DNA from: Octopus vulgaris
Lineage: Eukaryota
Reading direction: 5' to 3'
Length of the DNA stretch: 64,000 bases
NCBI GenBank assembly: GCA_951406725.2
Contig: OX597814.1
Span: 109,802,001 to 109,866,000 of the forward strand
This document shows positions 26,731-39,922 of the stretch, in pieces. Below the pieces are notes generated by a model. It saw only the letters and a program-made list of their open reading frames with translations. It had not been told where the DNA came from and did no database searches. The translations under genes and the position numbers were made by a program. The stretch's first letter is position 1; every line of letters begins with the position of its first letter.

Positions 26731-27189
26731 TTGAAATATAGATATATATATCTTTATATACACATACGCACACACAGACTCACAACAGGCTTCCGCACAG
26801 CTTCTGTCTCGCAAATTACACCATTACGTTTCCAAAGTATATGTCAACCTGAGGATACACATAACAGCAAACATTTATTTCCGGATGATAAACAAGTGTA
26901 ACTGCAAGTTAATGAAACTTCTTGGCCATTATAAATTCTTCTTCATATTGGATAACATACATCATTTATTATAATGTTATTCTGCTGAGGTCAGAAGTCT
27001 CTTGTAAAGGATAATGTCGAAATGTCTTGGAGACAAAATACCCGAAAGACATATTCTACTCTATTTGGTTAACCAAACTGAATGTTTATAATATGGTTAC
27101 AATTTCAAATAATCTGTACATTAAAACAGAAAGATATTAAATATAATCCATATTGGGAAAATGAAACAGATAATAATAATGATAATAAT

Positions 27190-27560
27190 AAAACAAACTA
27201 TGCTGGATCATAGATATAGCATTCCCAGCTGACAACAAGGTATGTGATAAGGAAGAAAGTAAAGTCGAGAGATATGACAGGTTAGCTTGGGAAGTTAAGC
27301 AGTTGTGGTCGATGAAAAAGGTAGCAGTAGTACCAACAATTGTCGGAGCCCTGGGAACAGTGAGCAAAAATCTTGAGAAGTGCATGAAACAAATAGGGGC
27401 TGCAATAAGGGTGCAGCACTTGCAGAAAACAGCACTGCTTGGAACCGCTTGAATACTCCAGAAGGTGCTCGAAAAGTAAGAGGTGTTACCTTTGTTCACT
27501 GGTAGTGAACAGCTGACACCATAGTACATCTCCACTGTTAGAAGCTGTGCAAAAACAAGA
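27190..27560 (+). mobile_element. R4/Dong-clade non-LTR 3' fragment (restriction-like endonuclease region)
   Basis: LCWIIDIAFPADNKVCDKEESKVERYDRLAWEVKQLWSMKKVAVVPTIVGALGTV...LQKTALLGTA*ILQKVLEK*; flanked by (TAA)n. Confidence 0.85.
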
Positions 27561-27585
27561 AATAGTAATAATAATAATAATAATA

Positions 27586-28135
27586 AATGCCCTGATGCAG
27601 TACCAGGCAGTGGCTCTCATGGCTTCTGATCTTAACTGATGGGAAGAGTTATAATATACATTATTTTGTCTTGGTATAAAAGATGAGTTACTGCAAACAT
27701 TCTGCTCAGTACTACAGATTTGCTGGTCAGTTGTTTGACCTTAACCAGTTGAGCATGTCCCTTGGTGGCTGATGATATGTGCATCTCTAATCATGAGCAG
27801 AACTAGTGGGGGAGCATCATAGCCATGTGTTGAGAGGAATTCTTTGGGGTTTGGATAATTCAGCTCTGGAAACATGGATGCTTTGTTCAACATCCTGAAA
27901 TAACCCTTATTCAGGGACCTTTTGAGTGGGGTGGGTTACTTGACCTGAAGAAAATTCTAACTGGTCCCCTTCAAGGTCATGCACTGTTTATCTTGATGTG
28001 AGATCACTATGCCATGCACACACTTGTTGTGATGCATGTACCTGATATCAGATGGGTAGTCATGTTGGGTATATTGGGCTTCGTATATTTGTACTTCAGT
28101 GTCACTTTGATGGCATGCACTACTCTCTCACTCAG
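27586..28135 (+). mobile_element. Non-coding element inserted in (TAA)n, probably non-autonomous R4/Dong-associated
   Basis: Sharp boundaries with (TAA)n on both sides; no long ORF. Confidence 0.5.
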
Positions 28136-28191
28136 TAATAATAATAATAATAATAATAATAATAGTAATAGTAATAGTAATAATAATAACA

Positions 28192-28645
28192 CTGGATAAT
28201 GTGTCAACATTATAAAATCAAAACTGCTGACAAATGATACAAGCATAACCCTGAGGCTGTAACTGAGGGAGAAAATGTAACTATTCTTTGGGACTTCCCA
28301 GTATGTACAGATAAGACCATCAAAGCAAACAAACCAGATAATGTTGTGAAAGACCAAAGCAATAAAGTCTGTTTATTGATTGACATGAGCAAACCCTGTG
28401 GCCAGAATATCTTGGCAAAAGAATTTGATAAGCTCAGAAAATATAAAAATCTGCTAATCAAAATTAAAAGGATGTGGCATCTCAAGACAGTTACAATACC
28501 AGTAATTGTAGGAGTACTTGGAATGATCAAAAACGGAATTGAAAATTATTTAAGGATGATCCCTGGCTTACCATCCATACATGAAGTGCAAAAGATTGTC
28601 TTAACTGGTACATCACACATATTGAAAAGAGCACTATCGATGTGA
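28192..28645 (+). mobile_element. R4/Dong-clade non-LTR 3' fragment
   Basis: ILWDFPVCTDKTIKANKPDNVVKDQSNKVCLLIDMSKP...KEFDKLRKY...IPVIVGVLG...VQKIVLTGTSHILKRALSM (PD...D endonuclease motif). Confidence 0.9.
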
Positions 28646-29164
28646 ATTTTCTTTTTCCCCCTTTATTTTATTTGTTTACATTTTTATTTTATTCTTTTAT
28701 TCATTTCAATCATTTGACTGCAGCCATGCTGGAGTACTACCTTTAGTTGAACAAATCGACCCCAGGACTTTATTCTTCATAAACCTAGTACTTATTCTAT
28801 CAGTCTCTTTTGCTGAACCGTTAAGTTACGGGGACATAAACACACCAACATCAGTTGTCAAGTGATGATGTGGTGGTGGTGGGGGGGGACAAACACAAAC
28901 ACACACACATATATGACGGGCTTCTTTCAGTTTCCATCTATCAAATCCACTCAGAAGGCTTTGATTTCTTTCCTTTTTCTCTGTCTTTCTTCCTCCTTTT
29001 CTCTCCACATGACTTTGTAAATGGACAATCTGGTGTGTTTATTTTAATGGCCTACCAATGTATACAGTGCGTTTCTCTGCCCTAGGTGTCAGGAAGATAC
29101 TCAGCAAGAAATGGGAAAGAATTGAAAGAAGATGATAATGAAAATAATAATGATAATAAGCTAT

Positions 29165-29325
29165 AAAGACTAACCATACTACAGAAGCAAGAAAACCAGA
29201 CATGATTATAGAGGACAAACAGACTGTGCAAAATCATGGATTTTGTAATTCCTTATGATTGCAGAGTCAATACCAAAGAAATTGAAAAATGTCGAGAAAT
29301 ATAAAGATCTAGCTAGATAACTGCA
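29165..29325 (+). mobile_element. R4/Dong-clade short fragment
   Basis: EARKPDMIIEDK...CKIMDFVIPYDCRVNTKEIEKCREI (frameshifted). Confidence 0.65.
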
Positions 29326-29473
29326 TCGACCCCAGTATGTGACTGGTACTTATTTTATTGACCCTCAAAGGATGAAAGGCAAAGTCATCCTCAGTGGAAT
29401 TTGAACTCAGAATATAAAGAACCTAAAGAAACGCTACTAAACATTCTATTTGGTATAAGGATTCTGCTTTACC

Positions 29474-29517
<44 letters not shown>

Positions 29518-29800
29518 GTTCTTTTATTAACCGCGAGGGCTCACATACAATAACAGTAAAGGATATGCAACAACATAAAAGACAAAAATGGGACGATACA
29601 ATGGGTTTTACAGTGTGTCAACAAGAATAACATTAAAAAATGAAACAAATTTATAGGAGTAGGAGAGGCTGTGTGGTAAGTAGCTTGCTTACGAGCTACA
29701 TGGTTCCGGGTTCAGTCCCACTGCACGGCACCTTGGGCAAGTGGGCCAACCAAAGCCTTGTGAATGGATTTGGTAGACAGAAACTGAAAGAAGCCCGTCG

Positions 29801-29862
<62 letters not shown>

Positions 29863-30084
29863 GTTTAACGTCCGTTTTCCGCGCTAGCACGGGTTGGACG
29901 GTTTCGACCGGGGTCTGGGGAGCTCGGGACTGCCCCAGGCTCCAGTCTAGTCTGGCAGTGTTTCTACAGCTGGATGCCCTTCCTAACGCCAACCACTCCG
30001 CGAGTGTAGTGGGTGTTTTTTACGTGCCACCTGCACAGGTGCCAGAGGGGTCTGGCATCGGCCACGTTCGGATGGTGCTTTTTA

Positions 30085-30916
30085 TGGGGGGGGTGCAGAA
30101 ATATAGGGGAGCACCAGTGGGAGGGATGGTTCAGAGGACAGGTACTAGGCAAGTAGAACGTAGGATACCGAGAGAGGGGTAATGCATGGTGAAATAGCGT
30201 ATTGAAGAGGGGGCTTCAAATAGTAGACACCTATAATGGTGGTGGGGGTGCAGAAATATAGGGGAGCACCAGTGGTAGGGGGTGGTTCAGAGGACAGGTT
30301 CTAGGCAAGTAGAACGTAGGATATCGAGAGAGGGGTAATGCATGGTGAAATAGCGTATTGAAGAGGGGGTTCAAAGAGTAGACACCTATAATGGTGGTGG
30401 GGGGTGCAGAAATATAGGGGAGCACCAGTGGGAGGGTGGTTCAGAGGACAGGTTCTAGGCAAGTAGAACGTAGGATATCGAGAGAGGGGTAATGCATGGT
30501 GAAATAGCGTATTGAAGAGGGGGGTTCAAAGAGTAGACACCTATAATGGTGGTGGGGGTGGTGCAGAAATATAGGGGAGCACCAGTGGGAGGGGTGGTTC
30601 AGAGGACAGGTTCTAGGCAAGTAGAACGTAGGATATCGAGAGAGGGGTAATGCATGGTGAAATAGCGTATTGAAGAGGGGGGTTCAAAGAGTAGACACCT
30701 ATAATGGTGGTGGGGGTGCAGAAATATAGGGGAGCACCAGTGGGAGGGGTGGTTCAGAGGACAGGTTCTAGGCAAGTAGAACGTAGGATATCGAGAGAGG
30801 GGTAATGCATGGTGAAATAGCGTATTGAAGAGGGGGTTCAAAGAGTAGACACCTATAATGGTGGTGGGGGGAAATATAGGGGAGCACCAGTGGGAGGGGT
30901 GGTTCAGAGGACAGGT
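30085..30916. repeat. Tandem array, ~155-bp G-rich unit, 5 full copies plus a partial
   Basis: (CA)GAAATATAGGGG recurs at 30096, 30251, 30407, 30564, 30719 and 30871; units near-identical. Confidence 0.97.
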
Positions 30917-30926
30917 CGCCGCAAGA

Positions 30927-31560
30927 ATCGGCAGCCAATTTCTATCAGCCCTGTAAGGGTGAGAATAGATCTTAAATATCTATAACGATAACTAGTGAAT
31001 TATACAGAATATGCAAAAACGAGGCGAGGCTGAAATAGTAAACAGAGTGGCGTCTTGGGGGATCAGAATAATAATAATAATTAATAAATAGAAATACGGG
31101 ATGAATTAAAGTTCAAGGATTTCTTATCTTGGGATCACTTCGTTTACGGACAGTCTTGGCAAAAGGAATTCGGAATCAAGAATGAGGCAGGATACTAGCT
31201 TAAGTATGCATAGGAGTCCAGACAGACAATGTAAAAAGGGGGGAGAAGGGCGCGAAGATCGGCAGCCAATTTCTATCAGCCCTGTAAGGGAGAATAGATC
31301 TTAAAATATCTATAACGATAACTAGTGAATTATACAGAATATGCAAAAACGAGGCGAGGCTGAAATAGTAAACAGAGTGGCGTCTTGGGGGATCAGAATA
31401 ATAATAATAATTAATAAATAGAAATACGGGATGAATTAAAGTTCAAGGATTTCTTATCTTGGGATCACTTCGTTTACGGACAGTCTTGGCAAAAGGAATT
31501 CGGAATCAAGAATGAGGCAGGATACTAGCTTAAGTATGCATAGGAGTCCAGACAGACAAT
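30927..31560. repeat. Tandem duplication, 331-bp unit x2
   Basis: ATCGGCAGCCAATTTCTATCAG starts at 30927 and 31258; copies near-identical. Confidence 0.95.
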
Positions 31561-31759
31561 ATATATATATATATGTATGTATGTATGTATGTGTGTGTAT
31601 ATGTTTGTGTGTCTGTGTTTGTCCCCCCAACATCGCTTGACAACTGATGCTGGTGTGTTTACGTCCCCGTAACTTACCGGTTCGGCAAAAGAGACCGATA
31701 GAATAAGTACTAGGCTTACAAAGAATAAGTCCTGGGGTCGATTTGCTCATTTAAAGGCG

Positions 31760-32250
31760 ATGAAAAGCAAAGTTGATCTTGGTGGAATTTGAACCCAGAA
31801 CGTGAAGACAGACGAAATACTGCTAAGCATTTTGCCTGGCAAGCTATTGTTTCTGCTAGCTCACCACTCTGAAATAATAATAATCCTTTCTACTATAGGC
31901 ACAAGGTCTGAAATTTTGAGGAGGAGGACAGTCAATTACATCGACCCCTCCCTGGGTTTCACCGGTACTTAATTTATCGACCCCTGAAAGGATTATTAAT
32001 AATAATAATCCTTTCTATTAAAGGCACAAAGCCTGAGATTTTTGATGGGGAGGGGAACAGTTGATTACATTTAACCCTGTATGCAACTGGTACTTAATTT
32101 ATCGATTCTGAAAGGATGAAAGGCAAAGTCAACTTTGGCAGAATTTGAACTCAGAGCATAAGAATGGATGAAATACTGCTAAGCATTCTGCCCAGCGTGC
32201 TAATGATTCTGCCTGGCATGCCAACAATTCTGCTAGCTCACCTAATGATG

Positions 32251-32284
<34 letters not shown>

Positions 32285-32482
32285 TAATAATAATAATAAT
32301 GATTTCAAGTTTTTGCCACAAGTGACTACATCAACCCCAGTGTGTAACTGGTACTTATTTAATTGACTTGGAAAGGATGAAAGGCAAAGTCGGCCTCAGC
32401 GGAATTTGAACTTAGAACGTAAGGACAGATGAAATGCTGGTGAGCATTCTGCCTGGTGTGCTAACAATTCTGCCAGCTCACC

Positions 32483-32485
<3 letters not shown>
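31760..32485 (-). mobile_element. Cluster of family B SINE copies separated by (TAA)n
   Basis: GATGAAAGGCAAAGTC...GAATTTGAAC...GAAATACTGCTAAGCATT repeated three times. Confidence 0.8.
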
Positions 32486-32523
<38 letters not shown>

Positions 32524-32922
32524 CTACTCTATACCAATTATATTCCGATCATTTTAAAATGTAATATATTAGCAGAGAAAACAACAAAATTAACAACAGT
32601 GAGACAAATAAAAGATGTAATGGCTACATCTTTTAACCACAGAAAATGTAATGTTTTCTTTTTCTTTTTCTTATGTATTGTAGGGTATCATGGAGTACAA
32701 CAAAGTAGAAATAAAACTCCCTAGGGGTGAGTAGACAAAGCTAGTTTTAAATATTTTATTCCACTTGTGCCACTAATACCCTTGACAAAAATATGATTGC
32801 TTCGTTAGAAGTTGGTAAGATTAATCACTTTTTCCTGGATAACTCAGATTATGAATGGTCGAATTATTGATTCAGTTTGTTACATTTATGAAAGATCAAT
32901 AAAATACTTATTGATTGAAAGT

Positions 32923-32968
<46 letters not shown>

Positions 32969-32978
32969 TATACATACA

Positions 32979-33024
<46 letters not shown>

Positions 33025-35599
33025 TATATATATATATCTCTTATTATAATATAAGATAAATAATAGAAAATAAAAATATACTTACTAGGAATTTCATTGC
33101 CAAGTATTTATGGATGCAAACTAGATGAAACAGATTTAGACAGCCTTGTATTATATAAGCAATGTGTCTACATCAGCTCTGTGCTGTTTCTCTGTATTTT
33201 GTGTGTGTGTGTGTGTGGAGAGGAAGCGGCTGATTGCAGTAGTTGCACTCCAGTGTATAGAAAGAAAAGGATTTAATTTGACACATTACCAAACAACTAA
33301 CACGTAGTAACTCTGCTTACTCATCTTCACAGATTAATCGAGTTAATTTCTTGTCTCTTTGACAGTCGTACTAAATATCTTGTCAATTGGAGAAATTAGT
33401 TGCCAATCAGTGTCTGACATATCTTGCTGAGACACAATACAAATTCTTCACCTCTGTCCGTTGGTGCTACTTTCCGTTGGTCATTATAGTGTTTTATAGA
33501 TGAATCTTCTCTTCATGTCACTTCAATCGCTTTTTGTCTTTCATTCAACTGGACTTCATTTATATCATCATTATTGAACATCTGTGATCCATTCAGACAT
33601 GGGTTGGACAATAAGATTTGTAATGTGAATGACACATGTATACATGTCTGTATATGTATCATCATCATCATTAACATCGTCACTTAATGTCCCTTTCCCC
33701 ACGCTGCCATAGGCTGGTTATTTCCTCACATCCTACCCTAATAAGCCAAACTACAGCTTTAGGTCTCTTCTCTTCCTCACATTTCCTCCTTCATGCACTA
33801 TGCTAACCTCTCACTCTCCAATCCTGTCCTCTTGCCCCTGTTTTACTGTATCATCCCTTTTTGTTAGCCCTTGACCTGTGTGTTCCACCCACATGTAACA
33901 TCATCATCATTGTTCGACCGTGGTCGAGACAATGGAATTTACCATGTTGCGCCAGACTTCACGGTCCATCATAGCATTACGGAGGTCCTGTTGCTACATG
34001 TAACAATGCTTCTTTTGTAATGTCCTGCCACTTATATTATGACCTTTGAACCTCAAGGGTATGCTCTGGCACTCACCACCATCTAGCTCCCTTGTCTTTT
34101 ACTTGACCATCCCATTTATATTCTGATCCTTGTCCCTTGTAAATTTGCCCAGCACTTTCCCACCATCTCCATCCTGTTGTCTACCACCCTTTGTCTCCTT
34201 CTACTCTTCCCTCAGGTTGTATCTCCTTTACAGCAACACATCCTGTTTCTGTCCTCATTCTTGATCTCCCTCCCTCCCTCCCTCCCCCCTCTGTCTGTCT
34301 AGCCAGGTAACCTTTTACCTCCTCTACAGCAAGACACCTGTTTCTGTCTCTCTATCTCACTATAACCATTCATTATCAGACACAAGATCACCTCCTCCAA
34401 TGCGCCCTCTCCTCTCAAAAGATTTTTTTTTGTCTTGCAAAGTACTTGGTGACCCTGTCAGTGCAGGTGCCACTTAAAAAGCACCCAGTCCACACTGTAA
34501 GGTGGTTGGCGTTTGGAAGGGTATCCAACTGTAAAAACCCTGCCAAAACAGACACAGAAGCCTGGTGCAGGTTTCTGCATGACCAGCTCCTGTCAAACTG
34601 TCCCACCGGTGCCAGCAGGGAAGATGGATGTTAAATGATGAGGATGATGATGTATGTATGTTTGTATATTTATAAGTTTATATCATCACCATCATCAACA
34701 TTTAATGTTCATTTTCTATGCTGGCATAGGTTGAACAGTTTGACAGGATCTGATGAATGTAAGGACTGTATCATGTTCCAGTGTTTGTTTGGCATGGTTT
34801 CTAGAGATGGATGCCCTTCTTAATGCCATTCACTTTAGAGCATGTACTGGGAGCTTTTTGTGTCACCAGTACCACATATATATCACGATATAGTAATCTC
34901 CATCTGGCCTTTGGGATCCTTCATCAAAGCCCACTTTCTTGTAAACATTTGAGCCAGTTCTCTGGTCTGAGGTGAAGTTTTTCCTGTCCTTCTACTCAAT
35001 AATGCTGAGTTTGTATCTGTTGAATACTGAATGAATAAAAAAATTAACGAAACAGCTGTAAAGAAGTGTTTTACAAAACAAAGCTTAATAAATAAAAAAA
35101 AGAAAAAAAAACAAATAAATGAATTTCCACTAAAGTAATATGCAAATTATTCTTTATTTAGTTTTAACACAATTCATTAATATTAATTAGTTGTTAGTTA
35201 TATCACCATTTATAGTCTGGAAATCTAAAACATTGTAAAGAAGAGCACAAATATGTAGGTTCTGGATATTATGTTTATATCGTTGAAGGATTCAGATTTT
35301 CAAAGGATAAGTGTATGGCTTTTTGTGCTCTCTTAAATAGGCTGTCTTACAACCAACTTAGAATGTTAGGTGTTTGTAATCCTCTTAGCAGCATCGTGTG
35401 TTGTTTCTATCATTAAGTTGCTTTGTCCTTTAGCTACATATATATCTTGCAGGGTTGGGACATTGCTTAATGTAATTGTTTTGTTACAGTGCTGCATGTT
35501 TGATGTGTATTTTGACAATTGTTGGTGGTGAGTTCAATCGCTGTTGAGTGAGAGAAATTACGTTCCGTGTCAAGAACATAATGATAGATAAATAGATAG

Positions 35600-35687
<88 letters not shown>

Positions 35688-36229
35688 GTGGAACATCCAG
35701 GTAAAAATGGAGTCTATAGCACTGAATTTGTACTGAACTTAATTATCGTTATAGTAATGACATTTTTTATACAAATTCGTCAGAGAAGAATCTGCATCAA
35801 TGATCTTCATGAAACCTACAAGATGAGGGATAATATTTTTACTTAAATATCTGTTGATCAACATCTGTAGCTCAACTTTTGTAGGAAAACCGTGGGTGAC
35901 AGCATATTTCACAGCATAGAGAGGAAAGACTGGGAGAAAAATTTAGTTGGGTGAGGGTGTCTAAATGATAAACATAATGAATAGGGGAAAGATGGATGCA
36001 TCCGGTTTTATCACATTTAAGTAGAGTGTGTATACAGCTCGTTAATGCAGAGTATCAGAAAAGTTATCATTGCACTAAAAGACCCAGGTAAGAAGCAAGA
36101 CATAACTGAGTTGGAAAATTTGTACAATGATGGTGAACAGGTCCTTACCAAGGGTTAGGGTTGTCAATCTTTGCAGGTGTGTGCTCAGTGAGCTTTGTGT
36201 GTAGAGTGGCAGTAGCAACAGCACTGCCC

Positions 36230-36535
36230 CAAAATATATAATTCTTGTTTCATCAGCAAACTACTGATGTGGGTAGTTTATTTCACACTCAGAATCATTG
36301 AAGTATGGAATAAACTACTCACATCAGCTGTTAGCTTTTGGGACACTTCATCTTTCAAAACTTCCATGCTTCCTGAAATTCACCCAACAGTTAACCTGAT
36401 GACCCTCACCACATCTTTTTTAACAGCTCTCACTTCCTGTGCATATTCTGTGTCCTGTTCATGCACTTTTGGCTACATTTTCTGATGTGCTGTACTGCAC
36501 CTGAGCACTGTATACAATAAGTTTATTATTATTTT
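36230..36535 (+). mobile_element. CR1/L2-like LINE 3' end
   Basis: YFTLRIIEVWNKLLTSAVSFWDTSSFK matches the FF.RV...WN.LP..VV.....FK tail of CR1-group ORF2; (TTA)n end. Confidence 0.65.
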
Positions 36536-36987
36536 ACTTCTCAGAGCTCTCAGTCTTACTTGCTCTGGTTGTTTCTGTGAGAACGGACAACAACCTGTCG
36601 TCAGAGGTCTCACAGGGTCTCTTTCCGCAAATTACAAGCTTTGGTACTTGGATGTTAACTTATGGTGGCAGACACTCAATGTCCAATCACCAATCTATAA
36701 ATCCTAGCTGTCCCCAATAGAGCAGTTTTTTTGGGCCTACTCTGCCCTCATGTCAATTCCAGTTTCTCGAACCTGGTTGTCACTGTTCTGAGTGCCCCTA
36801 CAACTACTGGGACAACAGTTACTCTCCTCATTGCCAACATTCTTGCAATTTCATCTTTTACTAGTCTGTATTTTTCCATCTTTTCCAGCTTTTTGTCATC
36901 TATGCATGCATCCAATGTCTATGATCTTGGTTTCCTTGTTCCTTTTATATACCACAACAATGTCTGGTCTCCAAGCATTGATTAGAA
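36536..36987 (-). mobile_element. R4/Dong-clade 3' fragment
   Basis: Minus strand RPDIVVVYKRNKETKIIDIG...KAGKDGKIQTSKR, ...VTVVPVVVGALRTV... Confidence 0.7.
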
Positions 36988-37368
36988 CTGAGGTTCTCTA
37001 ACTTTTGGGCCACTGCTCACCCTCATGGCCACATAAAGCCTTCTGCACCCCCATCCCTATTTTTTTGTATAAATAAATATTTTATATTTTACTAATTTAT
37101 ATATACCATGAATCATTTGATATTTAATATAATATTATATAATTTGTATACAATAAAGGCGGTGCTCCAGCATGGCCGCAGTCAAATGACTGAAACAAGT
37201 AAAAGAGAAAGAGTAATACTATAATAAAATATATTCATAAGTGTCCCCTAATCCAATGCCTTTCTTCCAATGCCTTCTTTTTCTCTACCACCCACTTAGA
37301 CACTAGTGCCAACCTGAACCCTCTCAATGCCTACCAGGGGGCAGTAGCACCCACTTTGAGAACCTATG
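36988..37368. mobile_element. hAT-type MITE inserted in the R4 fragment
   Basis: Termini CTGAGGTTCTCTAA / TTTGAGAACCTATG; 8-bp TSD GATTAGAA / GATTAGAG. Confidence 0.65.
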
Positions 37369-37496
37369 GATTAGAGAGTCACAATGGATTGTAGTTCAGT
37401 AAACTATCAGAGCCAATGTATTTAGTGACTCTTGCAAAGTTAGTCTAGTATTCGATGGCTTTGTCCGTGTTATCTGTATGATAGATTGCCAGGATA

Positions 37497-37682
37497 GATC
37501 GTTAGCCACTACACACATTTTTTCTCTCCTTGTTTCTCTCCTTGTTTTTTCTGTGTCCCTTTCTGTAGAAGAGCGTAGGGTCGAAACATAAAAGACTTTT
37601 TCTATTCCTGAGTGTTATACTAATACATCTGTTTGTTTTGTACATCACATGTCGTCTTTTGTTTTTTTTGTAAACTCTCCCC
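37497..37682 (+). mobile_element. Penelope-like pseudo-LTR with hammerhead-like motif (37555-37596)
   Basis: GTCCCTTT-CTGTAGA-AGAGCGTAGGGTC-GAAA-CA-TA-AAAGAC; same family as 41881-42040. Confidence 0.7.
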
Positions 37683-37892
37683 TTATCTGTATGATGTTAC
37701 ATAAGAGCTTGTGAAGTGCATCTTTTCCAGTGGCTTTGAGGATTTTTCATTGAGTGTTGTTCATATTTAAGGAAGTTTTTACTCAAGATCCTTTCCTTGA
37801 ACTGTATAATGTTGTTTGTCTTGAAGGAGAATAAGTTATCAAATCCCGACAGGAATAAACTCACTCATACATAAACACAAATACACACTCAC

Positions 37893-38085
37893 AGGTGAAA
37901 TTTATAGATAAACAAAAGATGAAGACAGGTAGTATGAACAACAAGCAAGTATATTACTTTGACGCTCAGGAAAAATGAAGAAGTCTTTTATGTTTCGAGC
38001 CTATGCTCTTCAACAGAAAGGAATAAGAAGAAATAAACAGAGGGAGAATGAAAAAAAACATGTAGAGTTCAGTAGTCCGACATGG
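37893..38085 (-). mobile_element. Penelope-like pseudo-LTR with hammerhead-like motif (37983-38020)
   Basis: Minus strand CTTT-CTGTTGA-AGAGC-ATAG-GCTC-GAAA-CA-TA-AAAGAC. Confidence 0.7.
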
Positions 38086-39584
38086 TAAATATATATATAT
38101 TCATGGGTGCGGGGCTCAAAATTCATGAGGTGTCTGAGTTGTGTCCAAAAAATTAAGAGGTGAAAATTCTGGTATGAAATGCATTGTGATGTAAAAACTT
38201 AGTGTGAGCACTTGGAACAGCATTAGATTAAAATAGGCATCTATGTACCATACTTAACATATATACACCCATGAGAGGCATAATGTTGTGGATTGTCATG
38301 CATTTGGCATTCTCAAGAATTACTGCCAGCACAATTTTTCATCTTTCTTTGATATATAGGCACAGGCATGGCTGTATAGTTAGAAGTTTCTTTCCCAACA
38401 ACATGGTTCCATGTTCAGTCCCACTGCATAGCACCAAAGGCAAATGTTTTCTGCTATAGCCTTGAACTGATCAAAGTCTTGTAAGTGGATCTGCTTGATG
38501 GAAACTGAAAGAAGCCAATCATATATTTGTGTGTGTATATATATATATATTATCATTATCATCATCATCATCATCATCATCATCGTTTAACATCCGCTTT
38601 CCATGGTGGCATGGGTTGGACGGTTTCACTAAGATCTGGAAAGCCAGCAGCTGCACCAGGCTCCAGTCTGATCTGGCAAGGTTTCTACAGCTGGATGCCT
38701 TTCCTAACGTCAACCACTCCAAGCGTGTAGTTGGTAATTTTTATGTGCCACCGGCACAGGAGCCAGTTGGGGTGCACTGGCATTGACCACGTTATTATAT
38801 ATCATCATCATTGATGATGTTATTATATTTATATAGTTATATAAATGGGTAAATATTCAAAATGAATAATCATAAAGATATTATTATTATTATTATTATT
38901 ATCAGTAACAGCTAATCTAAATAACTGATAATAACAATAACATTTATACTAATCCCACAAGCTTTTTGCAGTATCAGTGAATGTATTGTTCGCTGTTTCC
39001 TATATATTCGAAGGGATACATTTTGTCAAAGCATGTGACTAGTAAGTTCCTATCAGTGCCAAGGCCCAGGAAAGCTGAAATACATCTGACATTCTCATGA
39101 ATTACTGTTGTGACAATTTTTCATCTCACTCCAATATATCTTGTGTTGTCAGTTACAAAGAGTTTCTGAAGAGAGTGGTATCTCAGATGAAAACTACAAC
39201 ATCATGCCTCTTAATGGTGTATATACATTTAGTACATAGACGCATAGATGTATGTATGCATGTATACATATATGTATTTCTGTATGCGTATAAGTATTTA
39301 CGCATGAGTATGTATGTGTGTGTATGAGTATCTATGTATAAGTATGTTTGTGTATATAGCAGTGCTCACGCAGCCACTCACCTGAAGACGTGTGAGTACA
39401 CAACTATTGGTGTATCATATTTATATGATAAGTGCAATATGGAAAACTCAGCAATTAACAGCATTTACAAATGCACAGAAACAACTGTTGGGATTTGTGA
39501 CTAAAGCTTGTTCATTCCATCTTGTATTATAAATTTATATACATACATATATATATATATATATATTTATATATACATATATAT

Positions 39585-39848
39585 ATCTGTAAATGTAATA
39601 TGTGAGAATTATTCAGTAGCCATGATAAAACTCCGAGTTTCGGATGCCGGGGTGGATATTCACACCACCATGTCTTCATGGCCAAATAACTGAAGAGATG
39701 GCGGTGTAGATTTCCACCCTGGTATCCGAAACTCGAAGTTTTATCATAGCTACCAAATAATTGTCACATATTACATTTACAGATAAATTCCTTTATTTAC
39801 ATAATATCGAGGTCTCTTTCATTCTTTTGTTGTCTTACATTTATCAAT
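39585..39848 (+). mobile_element. Penelope-like pseudo-LTR with inverted duplicate and hammerhead (39681-39750)
   Basis: Arms 39585-39678 / 39691-39784; GCCAAATAA-CTGAAGA-[stem II]-GAAA-CTCGAAG-TT-TTATCATAGC. Confidence 0.7.
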
Positions 39849-39849
39849 A

Positions 39850-39922
<73 letters not shown>

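Noticed and set aside
33220-33480. Non-repetitive stretch with TAAT/TGACA motifs, possible enhancer (also 2220-2420, 14470-14700, 58580-58880)
   Set aside because: Such short motifs are expected by chance in AT-rich DNA; needs conservation or chromatin data.
34885-35028. Possible minus-strand exon after a TTCATTCAG acceptor
   Set aside because: No recognisable protein and not needed by the EF-hand model, which already terminates at 40253.
39376-39415. Hammerhead-like CTGAAGA-C-GTGT-GAGT-ACAC motif
   Set aside because: The GAAA half of the core is missing; too degenerate to call.
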